From assembly GCA_965208125.1 (NCBI GenBank), contig OZ242320.1, forward strand, positions 896,001 to 960,000: DNA of 64,000 nucleotides, written 5' to 3'. Source of the DNA: Candidatus Latescibacterota bacterium. Lineage in GTDB: Bacteria > Latescibacterota > UBA2968. A program made the translations under genes and the position numbers. Shown here one piece after another: positions 29,252 to 40,090 of this stretch; position 1 is the stretch's first letter, and every line of letters begins with the position of its first letter. A model generated the notes under the pieces. It saw nothing but the letters and a program-made list of their open reading frames with translations, searched no databases and was not told the origin of the DNA.

Positions 29252-29978
29252 ACCCAAAGAACCCGGCAACATCGGCGCTGTAGCTCGCGCGATGAAAAAC
29301 ACGGGCTTATCGCACCTCTACCTCGTCAATCCCCCCGACCACACCAGCGGCGAAGCCCGCGCAATGGCGCACGGATCGGGCGACATCCTCTACGGTGCCA
29401 CCGTCGTATCCTCACTCTCTGAAGCACTCGCAGACGTATCACTTGCCGTGGGCACATCCCATCGCAAACGCCGCGAATTCGACATCGTACATCCGCCCCA
29501 AACCGCGACAGACAAACTGTTATCCCTCCCCAATAACCACAAAGGAGCAATCGTCTTTGGCCGGGAAGAAAACGGACTGACCAACAACGAAATCCAACTG
29601 TGTCAGCTAATCTCCCGCATCCCCTCAGCCGTGCGCTACCCCTCCCTCAATCTGTCGCAAGCCACCCTCATCTACGGCTACGAACTCTTTCGCGCAACCC
29701 ATTCCGAAATCCCCTACAAACCATCAGAAGTCGATCTGGCTACGCACCGCGAACTCGAATCCATGTACGACCACATCCAAACCGCACTCGACAAACTCGG
29801 CTTTGTCTCCCGACATCGCCCTCAAACCTTCATCCGATCCATCCGCCGAATCTTCAGCCGCATCGACATGGAACACCGCGACGTAGCAACCATCCACCGC
29901 GTCTTCCGCCAGGTCGATCGCTTCATCGCGCGCCACGGTCTCAATCCCATCCCACCGCCCAATCAAAAAACAGAGTAA
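29211..29978 (+). CDS. trmJ: SpoU/TrmJ-family RNA methyltransferase
   Basis: PGNIGAVARAMKN, FGREENGL, YPSLNL; GGAG RBS before ATG 29211. Confidence 0.85.
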   Translation: MSNPLDHIRIVLVEPKEPGNIGAVARAMKNTGLSHLYLVNPPDHTSGEARAMAHGSGDILYGATVVSSLSEALADVSLAVGTSHRKRREFDIVHPPQTATDKLLSLPNNHKGAIVFGREENGLTNNEIQLCQLISRIPSAVRYPSLNLSQATLIYGYELFRATHSEIPYKPSEVDLATHRELESMYDHIQTALDKLGFVSRHRPQTFIRSIRRIFSRIDMEHRDVATIHRVFRQVDRFIARHGLNPIPPPNQKTE

Positions 29979-29994
29979 CCGCGCGCTACGACAG

Positions 29995-31344
29995 TCACCC
30001 CCCAAACCCCAGCGTCTCCAAAAGCGACAGACTCAAACTCTCCATTGCCGGCACTGTACCCACACCACCCAAAGACGACAGAGATGCCCAGGTCTCATAC
30101 CCGCCCTCCTGTGTCAATGCCTCATCTGTACACACATAACCGATATACCCATTCGCCAGACTCACCATCATCAACGGCGAAGCCGACGTCTGCGCCTTGA
30201 TCCGAAGGCCAGTCTCCACAAAAATCTCCCCCGGCAACGCCAGAATCGCCGCATCGCCCAATCGGATCGCCTGCACAGGTGCCGTCATCTGTTCGGGCAA
30301 CGCCGCCAACCGCTGGCACTGCCTGGCATACACACCTACCCGATCCTTCCGCACCGGTTGCCCCACCACCCAGCTAAATGGACCCTCCTCGTAATCGTAT
30401 CCACCTGCGAGAATCTGTTCGGCAATATCGAGATCCGTCTCTGTAATCACTTTTCTCGAAAATTCCAGCGTCCCCGTCATAGCCTCCAATACCAGTTCCT
30501 CATCCAAATCCATCAACTGAATCTCTGTCAAAACATGCCCTGCCAGAACATTTGCCATCCGCCGCGCTCTGGGGTGCCCTCGATCCCGCCAAATCCGCTC
30601 GCCACTATAATCGTTATTATTAATTTGTCCAGATGCTGCATTCCACAAAATCGGCACGCAGTTCCCACCCAGATAATGCCGCAACAAATTGAAAAATTGA
30701 CCAAAATAATCCGCCGACACCTCCCCGACACTGCCCGTTCCCACATAGTGCAGTGAAAAACTCGCCACCACTGAAATCGGCGTACCGTCCAACCCCTCCA
30801 CATACATCATCGCCAATTCCGGATCGATCTCTCCCATTGGCCGCACGAGATCCGGATTATTCAAACCCGGATTCATCCGCACCGTCCCATCCTTCATCAG
30901 CCAGCGCCGATAAAACGAAATACGATCCTCCATCACACTGGCAAACCCCGCCCGGGCAGGCTGCATTCTCTTAATAGCCAACGCCACGGCATCGGCCACT
31001 TTTAGCGGAAGCCATGTCGTATAACCCTCATCTTCACCCGTACCCAGAAGATTGCTCACCCCTGCCCCTGAATGCGTATGTGTCGCATTCACCATCACGC
31101 ACTCAGGAGATATCCCACACCGTTCTTGAATGCGAGCCTTCACGGCATTCGCAATCGCTTCTGGCACCGCAATCAAATCGCAGGTCACCATCGCAATCCT
31201 GACATCACCATTGTCGATCACCAGTGCCTTGGCCAGAAGCTCATCGTGAACATCCTCTCCGTATCGCGGATGAAAACTTCCCGGCATCGTAACCCCCAGC
31301 CAGGGTGTAATATTGGACGTAGCAGCCCCTGCTTGCAATTTCAT
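29995..31344 (-). CDS. neutral/alkaline ceramidase-like hydrolase
   Basis: AGAATSNITP, VHDEL, ATHTHSG, LPGEIF, LANGYIGY..GGYE. Confidence 0.8.
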   Translation of the reverse strand: MKLQAGAATSNITPWLGVTMPGSFHPRYGEDVHDELLAKALVIDNGDVRIAMVTCDLIAVPEAIANAVKARIQERCGISPECVMVNATHTHSGAGVSNLLGTGEDEGYTTWLPLKVADAVALAIKRMQPARAGFASVMEDRISFYRRWLMKDGTVRMNPGLNNPDLVRPMGEIDPELAMMYVEGLDGTPISVVASFSLHYVGTGSVGEVSADYFGQFFNLLRHYLGGNCVPILWNAASGQINNNDYSGERIWRDRGHPRARRMANVLAGHVLTEIQLMDLDEELVLEAMTGTLEFSRKVITETDLDIAEQILAGGYDYEEGPFSWVVGQPVRKDRVGVYARQCQRLAALPEQMTAPVQAIRLGDAAILALPGEIFVETGLRIKAQTSASPLMMVSLANGYIGYVCTDEALTQEGGYETWASLSSLGGVGTVPAMESLSLSLLETLGFGG

Positions 31345-31427
31345 AACGCTCCTCCCGTGTTTAGATTTTACATCTTTTTTATTATATAATGGAAACAGGG
31401 CGTTTTGTCGAATAAAGCTCAATGCGG

Positions 31428-31456
31428 TTGACAGTAGTTCAGGGAACGCTTATTCT
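31428..31456 (+). promoter_or_regulatory. sigma70 promoter of the pdxA-like gene
   Basis: TTGACA-17 bp-TATTCT, then AGGAGG RBS. Confidence 0.65.
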
Positions 31457-31478
31457 TTCAAGAACAGGAGGTGGTCTC

Positions 31479-32504
31479 GTGGCTGAATTGACAGAACGCC
31501 CGGTGATTGGAATAACCGTGGGCGATCCTGCGGGAATTGGACCAGAGGTTGTGATCAAGGCACTGCGTGAACCGGCACTTTATAACAATGTAAAGCCTCT
31601 GGTCTTTGCCGACCGATCAGTTTTGGAGCAAACGGTAAACATGCTAAGTGTGGATATGGATCTGCACGCCGTAAACAATCCGCGCAACGGACATTATGAA
31701 GCCGGGTGTATCGACTTTATTGACATTGAGAGCTTGTCTGAGCCGATTGCCTATAGTCAGATCTCTGCCGAAGGTGGTCGGGCGGGATATCAATATCTGG
31801 ACCGGGCAATTGACGCGGCTCTTTCAGGTACCATAGTCGGCCTGGCCACAGCACCACTGAACAAAGAATCATTACAGGCTGCAAAGCTACCTTATATCGA
31901 CCACACAGCGATGCTCAATGCGCGAGCGGCGTTGCGAGTGCCGATGACGCTATTTTTGGTAAAAAATTTGAAAATCTTCTTTCTCACCCGACACATTTCC
32001 TTTCGGGAAATTCCAGATGCGATTACAAAAGCGGGAATTCTGGAAGCATTGCCACTGTGCGACCTGTATTTGCGGCAACTGGGAACTGAAACACCGACCA
32101 TCGCTGTGGCCGGCTTGAATCCACACGGAGGAGAGCAGGGTCTGTTCGGACGAGAGGAAATCGAAGTCATCAGCCCCGCTGTAAAAGAAGCGCAAAAACG
32201 CGGATGGCGAGTACAGGGACCGATACCAGCGGACTCGGTATTTCATCTGGCACTGGAAGGGCGTTACGATGGGGTATTATCGCTCTACCACGATCAGGGG
32301 CATATAGCATCCAAAACACTGGATTTTCACGGAACAGTGAGCCTGACAATGGGACTGAAGTTTTTGCGCACATCAGTAGATCACGGAACGGCCTTTGACA
32401 TTGCCGGACAGGGAATAGCGTCAGAACGGGGCATGGTAGAAGCAATTCGCGCGGCCGGACAATACGCGGTGCCGGTACGCGAGCGACTGGAAATGAGTGT
32501 ATAA
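31479..32504 (+). CDS. pdxA: 4-hydroxythreonine-4-phosphate dehydrogenase family (PdxA/PdxA2)
   Basis: GDPAGIGPE, TAPLNKE, GLNPH, YHDQGH, RTSVDHGTAFDIAG. Confidence 0.92.
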   Translation: MAELTERPVIGITVGDPAGIGPEVVIKALREPALYNNVKPLVFADRSVLEQTVNMLSVDMDLHAVNNPRNGHYEAGCIDFIDIESLSEPIAYSQISAEGGRAGYQYLDRAIDAALSGTIVGLATAPLNKESLQAAKLPYIDHTAMLNARAALRVPMTLFLVKNLKIFFLTRHISFREIPDAITKAGILEALPLCDLYLRQLGTETPTIAVAGLNPHGGEQGLFGREEIEVISPAVKEAQKRGWRVQGPIPADSVFHLALEGRYDGVLSLYHDQGHIASKTLDFHGTVSLTMGLKFLRTSVDHGTAFDIAGQGIASERGMVEAIRAAGQYAVPVRERLEMSV

Positions 32505-32505
32505 G

Positions 32506-32964
32506 ATGCCGTCAAACTACACCATTGCAAAAGAACTGAAGCGAGTGGCGGATTACCGTGAAATATGCGGTGAGGATCCAGCAGATTATCTCAATGCCGC
32601 CTGGATGGTCCAGTCGTTTTCACGCGGCAGGCTGGACGAGTTATACCCGGTTGAAGGCAGGGAGCTACTGGAACGCACAAACGAGTTTAGCGACGAGGTG
32701 ATAGACACAATCGTCGAAATCATTGAAGGCAAAGAGATCCACGCGTTGCAAGAGCGGCAGGGCGTTCCTTTGACCGTGCTGGAATTGATCGAGATTCGGG
32801 GGATCGGTGGCAAAATGGCCAGGCACCTTTTTAGCGAACTGGGCGTGGTTGATTTGCAGGGCTTGCGGGCTGTTGTCGTGAACGGACAAATCAGCCAGAT
32901 AAAGGGCTTCAGGACAAAGACCATAGAAAAAATCACCGCTTTTCTGGACGAAAAAGGGGTGTAG
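32506..32964 (+). CDS. stand-alone helix-hairpin-helix protein resembling the PolX N-terminal region
   Basis: N..IA..L..AD..EI.GED, LLEIRGIGGK, IKGF..KT.EKI. Confidence 0.7.
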   Translation: MPSNYTIAKELKRVADYREICGEDPADYLNAAWMVQSFSRGRLDELYPVEGRELLERTNEFSDEVIDTIVEIIEGKEIHALQERQGVPLTVLELIEIRGIGGKMARHLFSELGVVDLQGLRAVVVNGQISQIKGFRTKTIEKITAFLDEKGV

Positions 32965-33049
32965 ATTTATTTGTCTGGGGATATATACTTTATTATATAT
33001 AATAAGTCACACATCTTAAAATCCCACCTCTCCCTACGAGGACTGCGCT

Positions 33050-35356
33050 ATGGCGATCAAAAAAGAAGACTATTTGGGAATTGAAAATTACAAAGTAGTA
33101 GGCACGCGACCGATAAGGCACGATGGAACCGATAAAGTAACGGGCCGCGCGGTGTATGGACCAGACTTTCATCTGACCGGATCGCTATACGGCAAAACAC
33201 TGCGAAGTCCTCATGGCCACGCGCGGATCAAATCCATCGACACCAGCAAAGCCGAAGCACTCCCCGGAGTAAAAGCCATCGTACTCGGCAAAGACCTCGT
33301 TCAAAATTACGAAGACAAAGTCTCCGACCTCGGTGAGGGATCGGTCGATCTGCGATTCTTAATTGCCAATGTACTCGCCGGAGACAAAGTCCTCTACGAC
33401 GGACACGCCATCGCAGCCGTAGCAGCCACCTCTGCACACATCGCAGAAGAGGCATTAAACCTGATCGACGTAGAATACGAAATACTCGAACCCGTACTCG
33501 AAGTCCGCCGCGCAATGGAAGACGATGCACCGTTATTGCACGACGACTTAAAAATGAAATCCCTCGGCGAAGAAACGGACCAGGCGAGCAACATCGCAAA
33601 TCACTTCCAGCACAAACAGGGAGATATAGAAAAGGGATTTGAAGAAGCGGACATAGTCATAGAGCGGGAATTTGCGACCGGAACAGTACATCAGGGATAC
33701 ATCGAACCGCACAACGTAACCGCGCACTGGAGCGAAAACGGAAAGCTCACAATATGGTGCAGTACACAGGGACCATTTGAAGTGCGCGGCCAGGTCGCCG
33801 ATGTACTCGGCCTCGAAGTGGGCGACATACGCGTCATCCCGCAGGAAATTGGGGGCGGATTTGGCGGAAAATTCCGCGTCTATGAAGAACCGACCGCAGC
33901 CCTATTGGCGCAAAAAACCGGAAAACCCGTCAAAATGGTCATGTCCCGCACAGAAGTATTAAAAGCCACCGGACCAACGCCCGCATCCTACATCAAAGTC
34001 AAAATGGGCGCAACGCGGGACGGCATGCTAACCGCGGCACAAGCCTACATGGCCTATGAAGCCGGAGCCTATCCCGGCTCTGCCGTAGGCGCTGGTGCGG
34101 GATGTATCTTCTCGCCCTACAGCATCCCAAACTCCCTCATCGACGGCTACGACGTCGTCGTAAACAAACCCCAATCGTCCGCCTACCGCGCGCCCGGCGC
34201 GACCAATGCGGCATTTGCATCTGAAACAGTAATAGACGAAATATGTGAGCAGATCGGAATAGACCCGCTCGAATTTCGACTGAAAAACGCGTCCAAAGAA
34301 GGCACGCGACGGGCAGACGGACCGGTCTTCTTGCGCATCGGTCAAGAAGAAGTCGTCAAAGCTGCCATGGCGCATCCGCACTACAGCGCGCCCCTTGAAG
34401 GACCGAATCGGGGACGCGGCGTCGCCGCCGGATTCTGGTTCAACGGCGGAGGCACATCAACAGTGGTCGCCAGCGTAAACCCGGACGGCACAGTAGCACT
34501 CGTCGAAGGCTCGCCCGATATTGGAGGGACGCGCACCTCAGTAGCCATACAATTCGCCGAAGTTCTGAATCTACCCATCGAAGACATCAAACCAAATGTC
34601 GCAGACACCGACGCAATCGGACAAACCGATGGAACGGGTGGAAGCCGCGTAACATTCGCAACCGGCTGGGCGAGCTATGAAGCCGCTCAAGATGTCAAGC
34701 GCCAGATGATAGAACGGGCGGCGACATTATGGGAAATATCAAAAGACGACATAGTCTTTGAAGACGGAACCTTCCGCTCCAAATCGGACGCATCCAAATC
34801 GATGACATTCAAAGAACTCGCCGGCAAAGTCAATCGCGCAGGCGGTCCGGTCGTAGGACGCGCTGCCATAAGTGGCAAGCAAGCCGGCCCGGCATTCGCG
34901 CTATTAATCGTAGATGTCGAAGTAGATCCAGACACGGGCAAAGTGGATATCTTGCGGGCGACCATTGTACAGGACGCGGGCAAAGCCATTTATCCCGGCT
35001 ATGTAGAAGGGCAGATGCAGGGCGGCGTGGTACAGGGAATCGGATGGGCATTGAACGAGGAATTTGTGTACAACGACCAGGGCGTAATGGTCAACGCCTC
35101 CTTCCTGGATTATCGGATGCCCACAACACTCGACATGCCGATGATAGAAACCGTCATCGTAGAAGTGCCCAACCCGGGTCATCCATACGGGGTACGCGGT
35201 GTGGGCGAAGTGCCAATTGTCCCGCCGCCAGCCGCAGTTGCCAATGCGATCTATCGCGCTGTTGGCATACGGCTAAATGAGTTGCCCATGTCCCCATCGC
35301 GAGTCCTGAAAGCACTCTGGGAATCAGATGGTAGCCATGGTCAGGCAGCGGATTGA
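33050..35356 (+). CDS. xanthine dehydrogenase/CoxL-family molybdopterin-binding subunit
   Basis: KVTGRAVY, HQGYIEP, IGGGFGGK, AYRAPG, EGQMQGGVVQGIG, GVRGVGE. Confidence 0.93.
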   Translation: MAIKKEDYLGIENYKVVGTRPIRHDGTDKVTGRAVYGPDFHLTGSLYGKTLRSPHGHARIKSIDTSKAEALPGVKAIVLGKDLVQNYEDKVSDLGEGSVDLRFLIANVLAGDKVLYDGHAIAAVAATSAHIAEEALNLIDVEYEILEPVLEVRRAMEDDAPLLHDDLKMKSLGEETDQASNIANHFQHKQGDIEKGFEEADIVIEREFATGTVHQGYIEPHNVTAHWSENGKLTIWCSTQGPFEVRGQVADVLGLEVGDIRVIPQEIGGGFGGKFRVYEEPTAALLAQKTGKPVKMVMSRTEVLKATGPTPASYIKVKMGATRDGMLTAAQAYMAYEAGAYPGSAVGAGAGCIFSPYSIPNSLIDGYDVVVNKPQSSAYRAPGATNAAFASETVIDEICEQIGIDPLEFRLKNASKEGTRRADGPVFLRIGQEEVVKAAMAHPHYSAPLEGPNRGRGVAAGFWFNGGGTSTVVASVNPDGTVALVEGSPDIGGTRTSVAIQFAEVLNLPIEDIKPNVADTDAIGQTDGTGGSRVTFATGWASYEAAQDVKRQMIERAATLWEISKDDIVFEDGTFRSKSDASKSMTFKELAGKVNRAGGPVVGRAAISGKQAGPAFALLIVDVEVDPDTGKVDILRATIVQDAGKAIYPGYVEGQMQGGVVQGIGWALNEEFVYNDQGVMVNASFLDYRMPTTLDMPMIETVIVEVPNPGHPYGVRGVGEVPIVPPPAAVANAIYRAVGIRLNELPMSPSRVLKALWESDGSHGQAAD

Positions 35357-35373
35357 TCAGATAGGAAAACACA

Positions 35374-35748
35374 ATGGACTGGTTCTCCCAATACGGATTT
35401 CTCGGTGCTCTGCTTCTCTCGGGCATCGTTCTCGGTGCAATCCCCGTCGTACTGCCCTTAATCATATCCCCTCGTGCGCGCGGTCGCAAAAGCCGCGAGA
35501 CCTACGAATGCGGCATGGACACAATCGGCAGTGCCTGGGTGCGCTTCGACATCGCTTATTATCTATTTGCACTCATCTTTGTCGCGTTTGAAGTCGATGT
35601 ACTGTATATTCTTCCCATCGCCGTAATCTACGATTCAGGCACCTACGTCTGGCGCGACTTCATCGAACTCACAATCTTCGTCGGCATTCTTTTTCTCGCC
35701 ATCGTGTACGCCTGGAGCAAAGGCGTTTTGCACTGGAGAAGTCGATAA
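35374..35748 (+). CDS. nuoA: complex I subunit A
   Basis: [24 protein letters not shown]. Confidence 0.95.
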   Translation: MDWFSQYGFLGALLLSGIVLGAIPVVLPLIISPRARGRKSRETYECGMDTIGSAWVRFDIAYYLFALIFVAFEVDVLYILPIAVIYDSGTYVWRDFIELTIFVGILFLAIVYAWSKGVLHWRSR

Positions 35749-36281
35749 TGGAACAAATAGAACTCCCTCTCGTGAAAAGCGATCCCAAAGACATTGAAGA
35801 ACTGCGCGAAGAGGTCGGCCCACTGGTACACATGGACCTGCTGGAAAACCTGCTCAATCACGCCCGGTCCCGATCCCTGTGGCCCCTCACATTCGGCCTG
35901 GCCTGTTGCGCCATCGAAATGATGGCCGCAGGCGCAGCGCGCTTTGACCTCGACCGCATTGGCGCAGGCGTATTTCGTCCCAGTGCGCGACAAGCCGATG
36001 TCATGATCCTCGCAGGCACAATCTCCCGCAAAATGGCACCAGCCATCAAAACGCTCTGGGATCAGATGCCCTCGCCCAAGTGGGCCATAGCCATGGGCGG
36101 TTGCACCATTGACGGCGGTCCCTTTAAATATCCCGGGCAATATGCCATTGTCGAAGGCGCTGACAAAATTGTACCAGTTGATGTGTACGTACCGGGTTGC
36201 CCTCCGCGCCCCGAAGCCCTCTTTGCGGCACTGTTCAAACTCGAAGAAAAAATCAGAGCCGGAAAGAAATTCAAGAAATGA
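35748..36281 (+). CDS. nuoB: complex I subunit B
   Basis: [27 protein letters not shown]. Confidence 0.96.
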   Translation: MEQIELPLVKSDPKDIEELREEVGPLVHMDLLENLLNHARSRSLWPLTFGLACCAIEMMAAGAARFDLDRIGAGVFRPSARQADVMILAGTISRKMAPAIKTLWDQMPSPKWAIAMGGCTIDGGPFKYPGQYAIVEGADKIVPVDVYVPGCPPRPEALFAALFKLEEKIRAGKKFKK

Positions 36282-36739
36282 TCGCCGACAAACTCTCTAC
36301 GCTCGTGCTCAACGCGACCGAGGTCGAATACAATGCGCGTGGCTTTCAGGTACAATACACCGCTTCAGCCGACACGCTCCCTCAGATCGCAGATACCTTC
36401 CTATCCGAAAATTTTCACCTCGAAATGATAACCTGTCAGGATCGACGTGAAGACGACAAAACTTTTCGCCTGATCTATCAGTTTAACCAATACGGCGCTC
36501 CCCAACGGCATATCATCCACACCGACATAGTACCCGATGCAACAGCACCCAGTATTGCCACAATTTTTCCCGCTGCCGACTGGTACGAACGCGAAATTTT
36601 CGACATGTATGGCGTCACCTTTGACGGCCACCCCGATTTGAAACGCATCTTAATGGAAGAAGACTATTTTGGTCATCCCCTGCTCAAAGACTTCGTCGAT
36701 CCCCCCAATCCCTATCGCAGCGAGGACGATGCGTCATGA
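36278..36739 (+). CDS. nuoC: complex I subunit C
   Basis: [29 protein letters not shown]; ATGA overlap with nuoB. Confidence 0.93.
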   Translation: MIADKLSTLVLNATEVEYNARGFQVQYTASADTLPQIADTFLSENFHLEMITCQDRREDDKTFRLIYQFNQYGAPQRHIIHTDIVPDATAPSIATIFPAADWYEREIFDMYGVTFDGHPDLKRILMEEDYFGHPLLKDFVDPPNPYRSEDDAS

Positions 36740-37863
36740 ATCGATTTGAGGTCGAACAAGATCCTAAAAGTCGAGATACCTATTATCTCAACATGGGGCC
36801 TCAGCATCCCTCTACACACGGCGTCATGCGGATCAAATTACACCTGGATGGCGAACGCATAATTTCGGCAGAACCCATCATCGGATATGGGCATCGCGCA
36901 CACGAAAAAATGGCCGAAAACCGCGACTACATCCAGTTTTTGCCCAACCCGAGCCGCGTGGATTATCTCGGCGGGATGATCTACAACGTGGGCTACTGCC
37001 AGGCCGTAGAGCGCGCAATGGACATCGAAGTGCCAGAACGCGCCGAATACATCCGCATCATCTGCAATGAACTCAACCGCATCTCCAGCCACCTGCTCTG
37101 GTTGGGCACCTTTTTGATGGATCTGGGCGCATTTACCCCATTTCTTTACGCCTTTGACGACCGCGAAAAAATCCTCGACATCCTCGACCGCATCACAGGA
37201 TCGCGCCTCACCTATTGTTACGCGCGATTTGGCGGCGTCATTCTCGACATCGACGATGTATTCCTCGACAACGTCTCCAACTTTTGCACCTACTTTGTCG
37301 AACGCTTAAAAGAATACGAAAAACTCGTCATCGGCAACGTCATCTTCCGCGAACGCACCATCGGCGTCGGTATCTTCGCCCCCGACCTCGTTCAAAAATA
37401 CGCCATAACAGGTCCCTGTCTGCGCGCCATGGGCCATGAACACGATGTTCGCAAAGACGAACCCTATGGCATCTACGACCGCTTTGACTTTGACGTACCC
37501 ACGCAAACAGAAGGCGACTGTTTTGCCCGCACACTCGTCCGCATGGAAGAAATGCGCCAGAGCATTCGCATCATCGAACAAGCTGTAAGCGACCTGCCCG
37601 ACGGTCTCTTTCTCGCAGCCCGGGTGCCCAGACGCATCCGCCCGCCCGAAGGCGATTACTACTTCTGTGTCGAATCACCTCGAGGCAACTTCGGCATGTA
37701 CATCGCAAGCGATGGCAGCGACATCCCCTTTCGCCTCAAATTGCGAACCCCATCGTTTTCACACATCTCGACCATGCCCGCCGTCATGACCGGCACCATG
37801 CTCGCCGATGCTGTAGCTATTCTGGGCAGCATCGACATTGTCGTTCCCGAAATAGACAGATAA
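36736..37863 (+). CDS. nuoD: complex I subunit D
   Basis: NMGPQHPSTHGV, ELNRISSH, ESPRG, ending EIDR; no NiFe CxxC motifs. Confidence 0.96.
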   Translation: MNRFEVEQDPKSRDTYYLNMGPQHPSTHGVMRIKLHLDGERIISAEPIIGYGHRAHEKMAENRDYIQFLPNPSRVDYLGGMIYNVGYCQAVERAMDIEVPERAEYIRIICNELNRISSHLLWLGTFLMDLGAFTPFLYAFDDREKILDILDRITGSRLTYCYARFGGVILDIDDVFLDNVSNFCTYFVERLKEYEKLVIGNVIFRERTIGVGIFAPDLVQKYAITGPCLRAMGHEHDVRKDEPYGIYDRFDFDVPTQTEGDCFARTLVRMEEMRQSIRIIEQAVSDLPDGLFLAARVPRRIRPPEGDYYFCVESPRGNFGMYIASDGSDIPFRLKLRTPSFSHISTMPAVMTGTMLADAVAILGSIDIVVPEIDR

Positions 37864-37870
37864 CGCACTT

Positions 37871-38845
37871 ATGAAAACAGACGTCATCCAACTCTTTGAA
37901 AACCCCTATCTCGCACTCGGTGTAACCATTGCCGTCATCATGGCCTATTTGAGCGTCAACGCCATCATGTTGATCTGGCTCGAACGCAAACTCAGCGCGC
38001 GCATACAGCGCCGCATTGGCCCGCAACGCGGACCCTTTGGCCTGATGCAGCAAATTTTTGACATGGGCAAATTGCTCAGCAAAGAACTCCTCACCCCCGA
38101 ACACGCCAACAAACTGCTCTATGTCATCGCGCCCATCCTGGTCTTTGCACCCGTGGTCGCCCTCTCGTCTCTCTTTCCCATTACGAGCACCTACATATTC
38201 CACGACTTCAACATCGCCATTGTCCTGATCCTCGCCATCAGCGGCATCAACGTAATCGGCATATTCTTAGCGGGCTGGGGATCCAATAACAAATACGCCC
38301 TGCTCGGCGCAGTGCGCTCAGTCGCGCAAAATATCTCCTACGAAATCCCCCTCATCCTATCGGTCATCCCCGTAGTCATGATAACCCGCACCATGTCGCT
38401 CTACGACATCACCCTCGCACAGGAAACCTATCCCTTTATACTGGTACAACCCATTGCCCTGATCATCTTTATCATATCAGCCACAGCCGAAACCAACCGC
38501 GCCCCCTTTGACATCCCCGAAGCAGAATCCGAACTCGTCGCCGGATTCCACACCGAATATTCCGGCATGCGCTTCGGACTGTTCTTCTTTGCCGAATACT
38601 CCAACATGATCTTTGCATGCGCATTGGCAACCGTGCTCTTCCTGGGGGGATGGCGCGGACCTCTCTTGCCAGACGCCGTATGGTTCTTCATCAAAGTCTA
38701 TGCACTCATCGTCCTCATGATGTGGTTCCGCTGGACTTTTCCGCGGCTCCGTTTTGACCAACTCATGAAATTCGCCTGGGTGGTACTCGTCCCCCTCTCG
38801 CTGATCAACCTGCTAATCACAACACTGGTCTTGAAAATCGTGTAA
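37871..38845 (+). CDS. nuoH: complex I subunit H
   Basis: ERK..ARIQRRIGP, SNNKY, ISYE, ETNRAPFD.PEAESELVAG. Confidence 0.96.
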   Translation: MKTDVIQLFENPYLALGVTIAVIMAYLSVNAIMLIWLERKLSARIQRRIGPQRGPFGLMQQIFDMGKLLSKELLTPEHANKLLYVIAPILVFAPVVALSSLFPITSTYIFHDFNIAIVLILAISGINVIGIFLAGWGSNNKYALLGAVRSVAQNISYEIPLILSVIPVVMITRTMSLYDITLAQETYPFILVQPIALIIFIISATAETNRAPFDIPEAESELVAGFHTEYSGMRFGLFFFAEYSNMIFACALATVLFLGGWRGPLLPDAVWFFIKVYALIVLMMWFRWTFPRLRFDQLMKFAWVVLVPLSLINLLITTLVLKIV

Positions 38846-38929
38846 AAGCTTTCAGCAGTCAGCGGTCAGCAAAACAAGCGGTTAGCTGATCGCTACTTCA
38901 TCAGTAGTTACCTTCAGAAGGAAATACAC

Positions 38930-39469
38930 ATGGGACTTATTAAGGAAGTCATCGACGGCACCAAAACGCTCCTGACCGGCATGAAAGTCACACTGGACAA
39001 CTTTCGCAAACCGCCCGTCACCTCCCAATACCCCATGGAAAAAATCGAGATGACGGAAGCGTTCCGCAATGTCATTGTCCTCATCGAAAAAGAAGACATC
39101 GGCTCGCACGACTGCATCGACTGCAAACTCTGTGAGCGCGTGTGTCCCTCCTTCTGCATTTACCTCGACGGGGAACGCCCTGAAGGGTTAAGGCGCAAAC
39201 GCTCGACCAAATTCGAAGTCGATTTCGCCCTGTGCAGCGACTGCGGACTGTGCTTAGACGTATGCCCCACAGACACCCTGGGATACAGCAAAGTCCACGA
39301 CGAAGCCGGATACAACCGCAGCGACTTTCTCTACGACTTACTCGAACCCTGGGCAGACAAAGAAGAAGCCGCGCGCGAACGCCTGAAAGAAATCGAAGCC
39401 GAACAAGCAGCAGAACGCGCAAGAAAAGCCGCAGCAAGAAAAGCTAAAAAGGTAAGAAGGAAGAAGTGA
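38930..39469 (+). CDS. nuoI: complex I subunit I (2x[4Fe-4S])
   Basis: CIDCKLCERVCP and CSDCGLCLDVCP. Confidence 0.93.
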   Translation: MGLIKEVIDGTKTLLTGMKVTLDNFRKPPVTSQYPMEKIEMTEAFRNVIVLIEKEDIGSHDCIDCKLCERVCPSFCIYLDGERPEGLRRKRSTKFEVDFALCSDCGLCLDVCPTDTLGYSKVHDEAGYNRSDFLYDLLEPWADKEEAARERLKEIEAEQAAERARKAAARKAKKVRRKK

Positions 39470-39472
39470 AAT

Positions 39473-39535
39473 CCACGAAGGGCACGAAGGGACACGAAGG
39501 GATAGAATGTAGGGGCGATCCCTTGTGGTCGCCCT
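39473..39535. repeat. short tandem repeat plus GTAG-type REP palindrome
   Basis: CACGAAGGG x3, then GTAGGGGCGATCCCTTGTGGTCGCCCT. Confidence 0.7.
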
Positions 39536-39577
39536 TGTTTAAGATACAAGAAGTGTGAAGTAATTCGGAGAACAACA

Positions 39578-40090
39578 ATGCTCGAACAGACTGCCATCTA
39601 CACATTTGTAGCCCTCGTCCTCATCGGTGGGGGCCTCGCGGCATTCTCTCGCCAGATACTCTATGCCATCATCGGCCTGGGCATCAGTCTCTTAGGGCTG
39701 GCGGGACTATTTCTCAACCTCGGCAGTCCATTTGTCGCGGCAATGCAAGTACTCATCTACATCGGCGGCATAACCGTCGCCATTGTATTTGCCATGATGC
39801 TCTCGATAGCCATGTCCATTCGCCCGCCCGATCCCGACAACCGAAAACTCGGCTTCGCCATTGCCTGTGCCGTCATATTTTTTGGCGCAGTCGCCCATCT
39901 AATCCGCGGCGCGCAATTCCAACAAATCGCGCCCCAGACATCTGAAAAAGCCTGGTCTGTGGGTGCATTGGGCCATGCACTGCTCACGCATTACAACGTC
40001 GTCTTTGAAGCCCTCTCCCTCGTTTTGCTCCTGGCCATCATCGGTGCCATCTTGATAGCTCGCAAGGCTTTGCCAAAGGAAAATTCGTGA
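39578..40090 (+). CDS. nuoJ: complex I subunit J
   Basis: AAMQVLIYIGGI, FEALSLVLLLAIIGAI. Confidence 0.93.
   Translation: MLEQTAIYTFVALVLIGGGLAAFSRQILYAIIGLGISLLGLAGLFLNLGSPFVAAMQVLIYIGGITVAIVFAMMLSIAMSIRPPDPDNRKLGFAIACAVIFFGAVAHLIRGAQFQQIAPQTSEKAWSVGALGHALLTHYNVVFEALSLVLLLAIIGAILIARKALPKENS

Noticed and set aside
33050-35356. Aerobic CO dehydrogenase CoxL
   Set aside because: Active-site loop is AYRAPG, not AYxCSFR or AYxGAGR, and no coxMS or accessory genes are adjacent.
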